Shown: positions 12,139 to 21,634 of the stretch, piece after piece
How the letters are laid out: every line of letters starts with the position of its first letter
Position numbering within the stretch: the stretch's first letter is position 1
From: Massalongia carnosa
Lineage: Eukaryota
Direction of reading: 5' to 3'
Assembly (NCBI GenBank): GCA_965645245.1
Contig: OZ287071.1
Coordinates: 2,728,001 to 2,792,000, forward strand
DNA: 64,000 bases
Notes under the pieces: model-generated
What the model saw: only the letters and a program-made list of their open reading frames with translations
What the model was told of the DNA's origin: nothing
The model's database searches: none
Made by a program: the position numbers and the translations under genes

Positions 12139-13343
12139 CTAGTCAATCCTTCCTATTGACCGGTGTCCAATTCGGATTGTTACGAGATTGGCTACTTGGG
12201 TTGCTATTGTTGGGGGTGTTGCCCCTGCAACTAAGTGCTGGGTGCTGTCTCCCGCAGTTGCTGCAGACGTGTTGGTTCTGCACTCTCGGCAGTCCTTGCC
12301 TGTGTTATACTGATGGCAAGGGTAGGGCCTTGGAGTATTGCTGTTTGAATTGGTTGTGTATCCCCCAAATCCGGTCCGGGTTTGAAGGTTGTTGAGGGGC
12401 CTGTCGCGTTTAACCAGGTATGTATTTTCCAAGTCTGGGTAGCTTTGCCTCCATTTTACGGGGTCGTCCAATCCTTGATACCACAGCGTTCTATGAAATA
12501 GCATATGAACTTGCAGCAACGACTCCCATGTGTAGGTATTGTGAAGCAAAATCAGCCAGTCCTCGTATTTCATGAAGGCCCTTGCTAGATCTTTGAACAG
12601 ACTTGGTTGTGCAAAGTGCAATACCGCTTGCCAGTATACCAAAAGACAACGAATTAGGTGGGTGATACCCTTGATCTCGCTCAACGATGCGTCATCCTCG
12701 CCAGTAATGACCTCCAGACCTTTGCTGATATTGATAGATTTCTTCGTAGACTTGCTCAGAGTCAGAGTAACGTCGCTGCACATCTTGGCGATATTGATGG
12801 GGTCAAACTTATTTCCAAAATTTGCTTGAAATACAGCTGGTTTATGGCCGGAAAGTCACTTGTCAGAGGGAGGATTCTTGGGTCATCCGTACCTTCGCTC
12901 TGAAAGGCCTGATTTGTCTGTTGGGATCCCCCATGCTGAAATCCAGTAGGGGCCTCCTCCACCTCCAACGCGGCCTGTTTGTCGACAATTTCCTACCTAA
13001 GCTTTCTCATTTCGGCCTGGCGCCCCTCTCGTACCAAAATGTCGCGTTGTACTTGTACGCGAAGTTCAAGTAGCTCATCAGGGGTACCGGGGCGTGTAGG
13101 CCCTTCTTCCGCTGGCTGGCCGGCCTGCATTGTTGCTGAGGTCGGCTGAGAGTCAGGCACAAGGGGGGTGAGGGGGCCAGTGGGGCCGCTATCGTCGGCG
13201 GTGGACGCAATGCGGCGGGTAGTAGGCATTCTGTTTATAGAAGGGAGTAGAGCGGAGCTAGGTTTATACATGTTTATCGAAGATGAAGAAGGGAAGAAGG
13301 ATGGATTGTTCGTTAGGTTGGAGGATTGTTGGATCGGACTCAA
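12139..13343 (-). pseudogene. gag-like ORF of the YR retroelement (stop and frameshifts)
   Basis: Consecutive ORF pieces 12993..13343, 12762..12968 and 12139..12783 end in a Cys/His finger-like region (PCHQYNTGKDCREC) immediately upstream of RT. Confidence 0.7.
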
Positions 13344-13642
13344 AAACTACTATGCAGTGCTACCTCCGAATCCGAGATGATGAGGAGATGTAGGACTGCT
13401 TTGGCCCTCTATATAGCCTCCATCTTCCCCCCTGTCATCCATCCTTCCCTATCCGATCCCCCGTCGTTATCCGAACCAGCTCCTGGCGAATAACCGTGCA
13501 AAACGGAAGAGGTCCGGATTTTGCATCACCTGTTATCCACGGCATGCATGGAGAACCGCTGGTAGTCGATCCGCTGGTAGCCGAATCCGCTAGTAGCCGA
13601 ATAGCATCGGTCCCGCACTAGCTCTCGCCATAGACGAACTAG

Positions 13643-14051
13643 TATGTCGCTAGACAAACAGCTATGGACGAGTTGTTTGAGCTAGATGATGAAGATAGAG
13701 CAGAGTTATTCGAGCCAGAAAATGGCTTGATGATGTGTGATGAAGCTGAGAAGAGGATAGCGAACGGATGGATGGTGCTTGTGCCTGATGTGCCGGTCGA
13801 TGCATCGGTTGGGGAACTTGATGCTTGGGCTCAACTGAAGGTCAAAGGGTACAAGCTGCGAGTCCTTTGCCCAGATAGCAGACTTATGAGACAGGTGGTG
13901 TCATTCATCAGTGCTGATAACGAGCCCCACGGAAACGAAAGCTTTGGCGCGAACTAGATGGTCAACAAGTCCAGTTCACGAGTAATCATCGTCCCCGAGC
14001 TCGGTATCTCTATTGGCAATTCGCGATTTCACTTTTGCGCCAAGCCTGACT
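13643..14051 (+). pseudogene. Fungal HNH-endonuclease-like gene, middle part (5' end missing)
   Basis: QTAMDELF..ELFEPENGLMM..YKLRVL..WRELDGQQVQFTSNHRPRARYLYWQF resembles fungal HNH_2 proteins; cut by the Copia insertion. Confidence 0.7.
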
Positions 14052-15406
14052 TATGAAATATAAATTCACTTTGTAGGTATAGTAGCATGATTGTCATTGA
14101 AGGTAATTATCTATGTGGGCTATTTGTCTGCTTTATATAGCAGTTACAAAACAGTCACATCTAGGAGGTCAGACCTTGTCCCCCTGACGGTCAGACCTTG
14201 TCTCCCATCTCTGCTTGTTTAGGCACTTTGCAAGGCACCTCCCGAGGCTCATGATGGATGCCCATGATGATGGTGGCCTCATCATCTAACATCCAACACT
14301 CCCATTCAGCCATCTTGAGGCTCTCCGGATATTTTTGCCTCTTTGGGTTTAGCCCATGCCAAGCATTGACTTAAAGTCCTCAAAGGGTTTAGCGGCCAGT
14401 GGCTTTGTAAGCCCATCTGCCACCATCTCTGTGGTAGGGACAAACTTGATGCTTACCCTTCCCAATTCAACCACCTCCCTGATCCAATGCCATTTGATTT
14501 CGATGTGCTTGGTTCGACGGTGGAATTCAGGGTTTTCAGCCAATGCAATTGACCCGTGATTGTCCCCTCGAAGTAGGACAGGGGTGTCCTTCCGATATCC
14601 TAACTCGGCCAGAAATCGCGCGCACCAAATGGCCTCTTTAGCTGCTTCCGTCAGGGCCATATATTCGGCCTCGCAGGTGGATAGGGCGACGGTAGGTTGT
14701 AGCTTGGAACAGTGGGAAATTGGGGCGCCTGCTAACAAAAACGTATAGGCCCCGGTCGATTTTCTCCCATCTTTCGTTCCAGCATAATCGGAGTCCGAGT
14801 ATCCCACAATGTCATCGTCGGTGTCTTTTCTAAACACGAGGCCTGTATTTAGGGTACTGGATATATAGCGCATAATGCGCTGAAGATATTTGCAGTGTAA
14901 TGGGCCTGGGTTCGAACAATATCGACTCAGTACTCCCACTGCATAAGCGATGTCGGGGCGTGTATGCATGGCTGGCCACATCAGCGAGCCCACCACCGAC
15001 TGGTACCAGGCAATTGTTTCCTTGTCGGCCTGGTCTTCCGACGGCATGAGTGTGTTTCCGGCACCGGGGTCCATGGGGGTGGAAATGGGCCTGCAGTCGA
15101 CCATATTAAATCGCTGCAGCACCTTCTTCAGGTAAGTTGTTTGTCGAAGAGTTATAACCGATTTTTCGATGTTGACATCGACTTCGATTCCTAGATAATG
15201 GGAGACTTCTCCCAAGTCCGTCATGCGGAAACGGGACTTCAATTCGTGTTGCAATTGCTGCAATTTTGAAGTGTCTTTTCCGAAGATGAGAAGGTCGTCA
15301 ACGTAAATCGCTATAAAGATATCGTCCGATACAAAGACTCCATGATCCGAATCTGTTCGTTTAAACCCCATCTTTTGCAGAAAATCCTGCAGGGTCTGAT
15401 ACCATA

Positions 15407-17271
15407 CGGAGGCGAATCTCAAAAGTAATGATAATACGCTAAAGACTAGCGCCGTAATTTAGATTTTCCATACCGAGCCTGAAATTCTACCAACTATCTA
15501 CAAATACCATTACCAACCATCTAATCAACGTCTTTTTGGTCTGAAACTGGCTGCAGTACGAATAACCTTCTGAATGCGTGGGGGAAGGTGATTTTTCGGA
15601 GATAAAACGGCTCTTTTTCTCAATAAGGGGGGTGTCAATGGCTTCTGTGTAGGGGGCTCAGGGGTAACTGCCCTGACATTCAACGGGCTGGGTGTATCAT
15701 CATTTGATTGTCTGGATGATGGTCTCGTTGACGCCACAGAAGAAGAAGAAGAAGAAGAAGCTGGTTTTGCTGTATTACTGAGCAATTCTTCCCTCAGCTG
15801 TTGAAGTCGCATTTTTCCTTCTTTGGTCCGTCCATCAACGTCCAAACGTCCTTCGCAATACTCATTTCCACCTTCCAATTCAATGACTTTTGCAATGTGA
15901 CGTGGAATTCTTTCAATCCATGCCTGAATATTCTCCTGAGGTAGATCGTCCCAAGTGCGATGCCACATAGATTCAGCAATTAACCGAGAACTAGGAGGAC
16001 CTTTGGCAGTTGTACGTCGCTTCATCCAGGGCCAGCAGGGTTCAATCATGTTGAGATCAGGAGAATTTCCGGGCCATAAAAGACGCTCGATGCCATGACG
16101 AGAGAAGATGGGAATCTGATGCTTGGAAGCATGAGACGGAGCCTTATCTTCCTGTACGATCATTTCAGACAATCCGGCTTCTCTTCTTTTTGCATTGCAT
16201 TGCTGAGCAAAAGGAATCAGTTTTGGCAGAAGTATGACGTTTTGATACCGCCACCAATCAATGCCTCCTTTACCTTCTTTTCTGATCATCTTTCCATGTT
16301 CCTCATCCCATTTCCATTGCGGCTTTTTTCCTGGTAAATTGCGAGTTGAAAGACGTCTCATTCCATTGGTCAGCTCCCAATTTAATCTCTCACTGGCTTC
16401 CAATGCAGCATTCATCTCGTCACGCTTGGTTTTGGCTTCCGCTTTTTCCGCTTTTGTCTCCGGTTTCCAGCAATGACATGGCCCCTTCCAATCGTAGGAA
16501 AAGCATCCCCAAAACATGAATTCATGAGCCCCATGCCACCTGGCACGTACGGTGGATTTGACTGGTCTTCTTCCTTCCTTGGTTGTACGCCAAATTTTGA
16601 CAGCTCCGCGACGGTGACCAAGCACTATTGCTGTTTCATCTGACCAAATAACCCGCTTCCAATCCTCCACGGTCCAGTCTTTATACAGGAGACAAAAAGC
16701 CAGTCTAGCCGCTTTCATTTCAGGAGTAAGCCCTGGTCTATACGACGGTTTGACTTTTTTATAGCCTCTTTGTTTCAGGATTCTCCACACGGTGCATCTG
16801 GACAGTCCAACTTCTCTTGCCAACTGGGCACTGGTTTTTTCACGGGCGTATCTGTCTTTTATGACTAGATCAATGACTTTATCTTCTTTCTCAGTAGTAG
16901 CCTTTCTCGGTTGACCAGATTTTTCTTCATGACGGGCGTATTTATTAAGCACCTGCAAAGAAATGGCGGGATCAAATCCTCGATCCCTGGCAATGCGACG
17001 AATACGATAAATGTTGGGGACAGAATAACCTGTAGTAGCTGCAATAAATTCAATTGAGGCCGGGGTGCAATAAGACAACGTCAAGACCTGAGCCCGCAAA
17101 GAAATATCAGCTGATTTATTGACCATGATGATGATTTGATCAAATGTTGGTTCGTAAATGATTTGGGATGAGAAAAGGGGAAAGAAAAGGGGAAAATTTG
17201 CTCGGTACGGAAAATTTAAATTACGGCACTAGCTTTTAGCGTATTATCATTACTTTTGAGATTCGCCTCTG
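15407..17271 (-). mobile_element. Tc1/mariner DNA transposon with ~70-bp TIRs and TA TSD
   Basis: TIR c(g/a)gaggcgaatctcaaaagtaatgataatacgcta... at both ends; TA at 15405-06 and 17272-73. Removing it restores the Copia RT sequence. Confidence 0.96.
15525..17126 (-). CDS. Tc1-family DD34E transposase, intact 533-aa ORF
   Basis: VIWSDET, FMFWGCF, QEDKAPSH-(34 aa)-E in NSPDLNMIE; Ser/Pro-rich C-terminal tail. Confidence 0.93.
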   Translation of the reverse strand: MVNKSADISLRAQVLTLSYCTPASIEFIAATTGYSVPNIYRIRRIARDRGFDPAISLQVLNKYARHEEKSGQPRKATTEKEDKVIDLVIKDRYAREKTSAQLAREVGLSRCTVWRILKQRGYKKVKPSYRPGLTPEMKAARLAFCLLYKDWTVEDWKRVIWSDETAIVLGHRRGAVKIWRTTKEGRRPVKSTVRARWHGAHEFMFWGCFSYDWKGPCHCWKPETKAEKAEAKTKRDEMNAALEASERLNWELTNGMRRLSTRNLPGKKPQWKWDEEHGKMIRKEGKGGIDWWRYQNVILLPKLIPFAQQCNAKRREAGLSEMIVQEDKAPSHASKHQIPIFSRHGIERLLWPGNSPDLNMIEPCWPWMKRRTTAKGPPSSRLIAESMWHRTWDDLPQENIQAWIERIPRHIAKVIELEGGNEYCEGRLDVDGRTKEGKMRLQQLREELLSNTAKPASSSSSSSVASTRPSSRQSNDDTPSPLNVRAVTPEPPTQKPLTPPLLRKRAVLSPKNHLPPRIQKVIRTAASFRPKRR

Positions 17272-20200
17272 TACACGAGGGGATTATTTTAGGCCATATA
17301 GGGCCTTTCGTAGTAAGCAGACCTTATTCTTCCCTTTTTCGAACAAGGTGGGTTGTATGACATATATGGCTTCATCTAGGAAGCCATACAGGAAAGCAGT
17401 CACCACATCCATGTGATGAATGGACAGTCCCTTCTTTACACTGATTCCCATCAATGCCTTATAAGAGACTGGTTTTACCACTGTGGCAAAGGTGTCGAGG
17501 TAGTCCAGGCCTTCCTTTTGTTTATAGCCATGAACTACCCATCTCGCTTTGTACTTCAGTACTTTCCCATCTCTGTCTTTCTTTATTTTGAACACCCAGC
17601 GACCGGTGATCACCTTTCGATCAGTCGGTGCCTTTTCTAGTGTCCAAGTTTCATTCTCCACTAGCGATTGATACTCGGTCTCCATGGCCTTTCTCCATTG
17701 ATCCCAGTGGGGTGAGGACATAGCCTCTTTCAGTGTCAAAGGATCATCGAGGCCCTCATTGTCCTCGCCTCCTGCCAGGGTTGCTAGCACCCGCACCATG
17801 TGCTCATGGGATTTCGGGACCTGGTTTGAACTGAATACGGTGTTGATGCTGGGACGAATGTTCTCCAGTGCTCTTTGACTGGGGACCCTTATTCGTCCAG
17901 ATCTTCGAGGTTCGATGGGCTGGCGAGGAATGTCCTCCACTTCATCGGAGTCACTCTCCCCCCCATTCTCCTCTTCTCGGCCTCCCCCCGAAGCATTTAC
18001 TCCCATTGGATGTAGCACTATCCGTGGTGCTGGTGGGGCCGTTTCATTTTGAACTTCCGAACTTCTCGATATTTCAGAGCTCGGAGTTTTCGGAGACAAC
18101 GAAGATGGCGGATTATGACTTTTGTTTTCATCAACAAAATCATCTAGGTCATCAAACAAAGCATCATCGTCTCCCTCCCATGGAATTTCGGCTAGGTCCC
18201 AGGCCTTTTTGTCCTTGGAATCATATATATTGCCTTCGTCGACGGTGATATCGCGACAAACATGGACTTTTCCAGTGAGAGGATCGTAAATTCGATACTG
18301 ATTGTTTCCTTCATGCCCAAAAAATATCCCCTGCCAGGACCTATCGTCCAGCTTCTTGCGCTTCTCTTTTGGGATATGTACCCACGTCCTAGCCCCGACC
18401 GTTCTCATGTGGCCGAGGAAGGGTTTCGCATTATTCATGCGTTCATATGGAGTGACCTCGTCAACCCCGGGACTTCTATTCTTGATGTACCCGGCCGTCT
18501 TCAGGACCTCCCCCCAAAGGGACTTTGGGAGCTTTTTAGCCTTCATCATGGACCGAGTGGGGACCATGAGGGTATAATTTTGCCTTTCGGCCTTCCCATT
18601 CTGTTCTGGCACATTTGGTGCCCGGGCCTCCCACTGGATGCCTTCACTCTTTAGGAATTCCTGGAAGTCACCACTGGTGTACTCCCCTCCTCCATCAGCT
18701 CGGAGTCTCTTTATTTTCTTTCCCGATTGATTTTCTATCCATGTCTTGAACTGCTTAAAACATTCGAAGGTTTGACCCTTTGTTTTCAGCAGGTAGATCC
18801 ACAGTACCCCGGAGAAGTCGTCTTTCATCGTAGCATAAAAACGTTCACCGAACCTTGTCAGTGGAAATGGTCCCCCTAAGTCGCTATGCACTATTCCGAG
18901 AAATTCTGTTGCTCGGGTTCGTGGAGTGCGATTTATTTTCCGCTGTTGTCTTCCCATCATGCATGAGCCGCATACTTCTTCTGGTATGGGTCCTTCGATG
19001 GTGACTCCATTGGCTAAATGATTTAATTTTAGGAGGTTTGGGTAGCTGAGATGGCCGAGTCGTTCGTGCCATGTTTGGATAGGGGCCTTTGTACCGTTTG
19101 TGGTGGTGAGGGCCCGTGCTTCGGTAGGGCTAATAGTGGTTGTCTGCAAAACATACTGATTATTTATTGTTTTGGCCAGTCCAACCACCTTTCCTTTATG
19201 CACCAGTTGAGCGGGCTTGTCATCCGCCATCAGGTACGTAGATATGCCCTTTTTGCCGAGTTGTATTGTGCTGATGAGGTTAAATTTTAGGTCGGGGGCG
19301 AAAAGAACGTTGGTCAAAATGAGGTCCGTTACACCTCCATTTCCATTGTCCAGTGATACGAGTAGAGAGCCTTTCCCCTCTGTCGATAACACCTCTCCGG
19401 AACCTGTTTCTAAACAGCTATTTTCGCTCCGAAAGGTCCCTTCTTGAAAGAGATCTTTATTGCATATAATGTGCGCGGTGGCACCGGAGTCGATCAATAG
19501 ATCGTGGGCATTCTTGGGACCTCGGTACAGATTTGCCATACAAATAAGCGGTGTTTCCTGGGTTCTTTTCCCGGAACATTCCCTTATTGTACAAACTATT
19601 TGGGGGTTTGAGGTTTCATTACCTTCTTTGCTTTCACAAACGCGTTCCAGATGGCCAATCTTACTACACTTCCTACATGTAGCGTTGCTATGCCTGCATT
19701 TTCCGGAGTGATTATAACCACAGCATTTGCATTTGGTCTTACCCCGTTCGGTGGGGTTCTTCTTCCCCTTTGCCTTCAGCATGTTAGCTACGGCGACAGG
19801 GTCCTGGCGCATACGAGCCTCCTCGTCCTCCAGGTTTTTTAGTAAGTCATCCAACGCCGGGAATTTGTCCTCCCGCCGAGCTTGTTCGTTCAGGATGGTC
19901 AGGTAGGTGTTGAATGAACTGCCGAGTCCATTGAGGAGTTTGAGCACTACAATGTGCTCAACGGTCAGGGCCATGTCGGTGATTTCGGCCTTGATATCCC
20001 TGACTAGGCTACCATACTCCTCGATGGTCTTGCATTTTTCATAGTTTATCTCCTCCAGCCGGTTGAATGTGCTCCATTTCGCACTCCAATTTCTGAGGGT
20101 GTATCGGATTTTCAGGTGTTCCCAAAGGTCCTTCGGGTCCCAGATGCCCCCACTGGCTAGGTCTCTCATCGATAAGAATTCCTGTTGCACGTCATCTGTG

Positions 20201-20934
20201 CACATCTTGCCTATTTTACCAACTACTCTCCTTTGTTTCTCCGAGAACTCTAGGCGTTCAAGGTCCCGTTTGTCCCGCTTTTCTAGCTGTTCCTCTGTTT
20301 CCTCCGGGGGTGTCTCATCAGCTTTTTGAGGTGGAGGGGGAATTTCTCGAGGCATTTCCGAGCACCAGTCACGTAGTTCCAAAGTTCCGCCTCCTGCAGG
20401 GCGAAGGCCATGTCTCTGGACCATTTCTTATAGTTTCCACTCCCCATTAGCTTTGGGAATGTGTATAGACTCTCCCCTTTGGCCATCGTGCTTAGGAGTA
20501 GGGGTTACTGAGCGGGGAAAAAAAGAGGGTCCCTTTGGTTGCTTGGATTTTTGAAGTGGGATATGAAAAGGAATATATATATAATATAAAATGAGGTAGG
20601 TGGAAGAGGTGGAGGTGAGTTTTTTTGACAATCAATGTAGGGGCTTATTCAAACGTAGTAGAAGTGAGCCGGGCTCATAACCTATGAAGTATAAATTCAC
20701 TTTGTAGGTATAGTAGCATGATTGTCATTGAAGGTAATTATCTATGTGGGCTATTTGTCTGCTTTATATAGCAGTTACAAAACAGTCACATCTAGGAGGT
20801 CAGACCTTGTCCCCCTGACGGTCAGACCTTGTCTCCTATCTCTGCTTGTTTAGGCACTTTGCAAGGCACCTTCCGAGGCTCATGATGGATGCCCATGATG
20901 ATGGTGGCCTCATCATCTAACATCCAACATGACT

Positions 20935-21239
20935 AACTGACCACAGAAAGAGTAATCCAGTTGCTGCAGAATTTGACAAGCGTTTCTAGGGCACGAGAGG
21001 CCGTTGGATCAAGCGGAAGTACTTGCTTAGGTTTGCAGAATATCTTGATCACGCTGTCGAATGGAAAAACTTAGTGGAAGCTGCCATCCGACCCTGAAGG
21101 ATTGGTGTTAGCATCGGAGCAGCTGCGTGTAACGAGAAAGAACTTAGCTAAGGGCTGGGTAAAGAAGGATGAGGATGAGGATGAGGATGAGGATGAGGAT
21201 GAGGATGAAAACGATAGCGAGCACAAGGAGCTAGAGTGA
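20935..21239 (+). pseudogene. 3' part of the HNH-like pseudogene with (GATGAG)n acidic tail
   Basis: Continues in frame across the Copia TSD: LRQA*LTDHRK..RF*GTRGRWIKRKYLLRFAEYLDH; ends (DE)n..ELE* after a frameshift. Confidence 0.7.
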
Positions 21240-21634
21240 TGGCTGCATATATGAGCTGAAGGTTTAGAGCTTGCATACAACGGAATCCAAAGGATTTAGG
21301 TTGAAATATCAAAGTTATCATGTCTTAACTACCTGACTGAGTTCTTACAACGCACAATGTTCTAACACGTATTATTCGTAATAAGCTCACCTAGTTCTAT
21401 TCCCAACCCATGAAACGAGTACTCTGTATAGATTTGCTTCGAGTCGTAATGTTCATTTGTGTTGGCGGTGACCGACGTTTGCGACCAATATCACCATGCC
21501 AACGGTTCGTGAATACAAAATATTCTGCCAACTTCACAATAAGTTCCCCCCACTTGTCTATTAAATGCCGATGCTTCCATCTTAATATTTATCACGTTCA
21601 TTCTCACTCCATTCACAGCGATATTCCACTCAAA

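Larger units (their letters stand above)
9430..13640 (-). mobile_element. Ngaro/DIRS-type tyrosine-recombinase retrotransposon, degenerate (boundaries approximate)
   Basis: gag-like, RT/RNase H and YR coding regions in order on the minus strand; no DDE integrase and no LTRs seen. Confidence 0.88.
14349..20486 (-). pseudogene. Copia gag-pol (PR-IN-RT-RH)
   Basis: Zn knuckle CRKCSKIGH, IDSGATAH, WHERLGH, VHSDLGGP, KARWVVHG, YVDDLL, YSDSDYAG, RTKHIEIKWH. Frameshift near 20355, CAA>TAA in LK*SPRVWYQ, and a Tc1 insertion. Confidence 0.95.
14052..20929 (-). mobile_element. Full-length Ty1/Copia LTR retrotransposon, TSD TGACT, interrupted by a Tc1 element
   Basis: 247-bp LTRs at 14052..14298 and 20683..20929 (3 differences). 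TGACT at 14047-14051 and 20930-20934. PBS GGTTATGAGCCC follows the 5' LTR; purine tract GAATGGGAG precedes the 3' LTR. Confidence 0.96.

Noticed and set aside
9856..20329. Numerous plus-strand ORFs overlapping the YR, Copia and Tc1 genes
   Set aside because: Antisense shadows of the real minus-strand TE frames, with no motifs of their own.
21410..21634. N-terminal 75 aa of the 908-aa ORF
   Set aside because: Low-complexity UTR-like translation; the ATG at 21635 has good context (caaaATGG) and starts the coiled coil.
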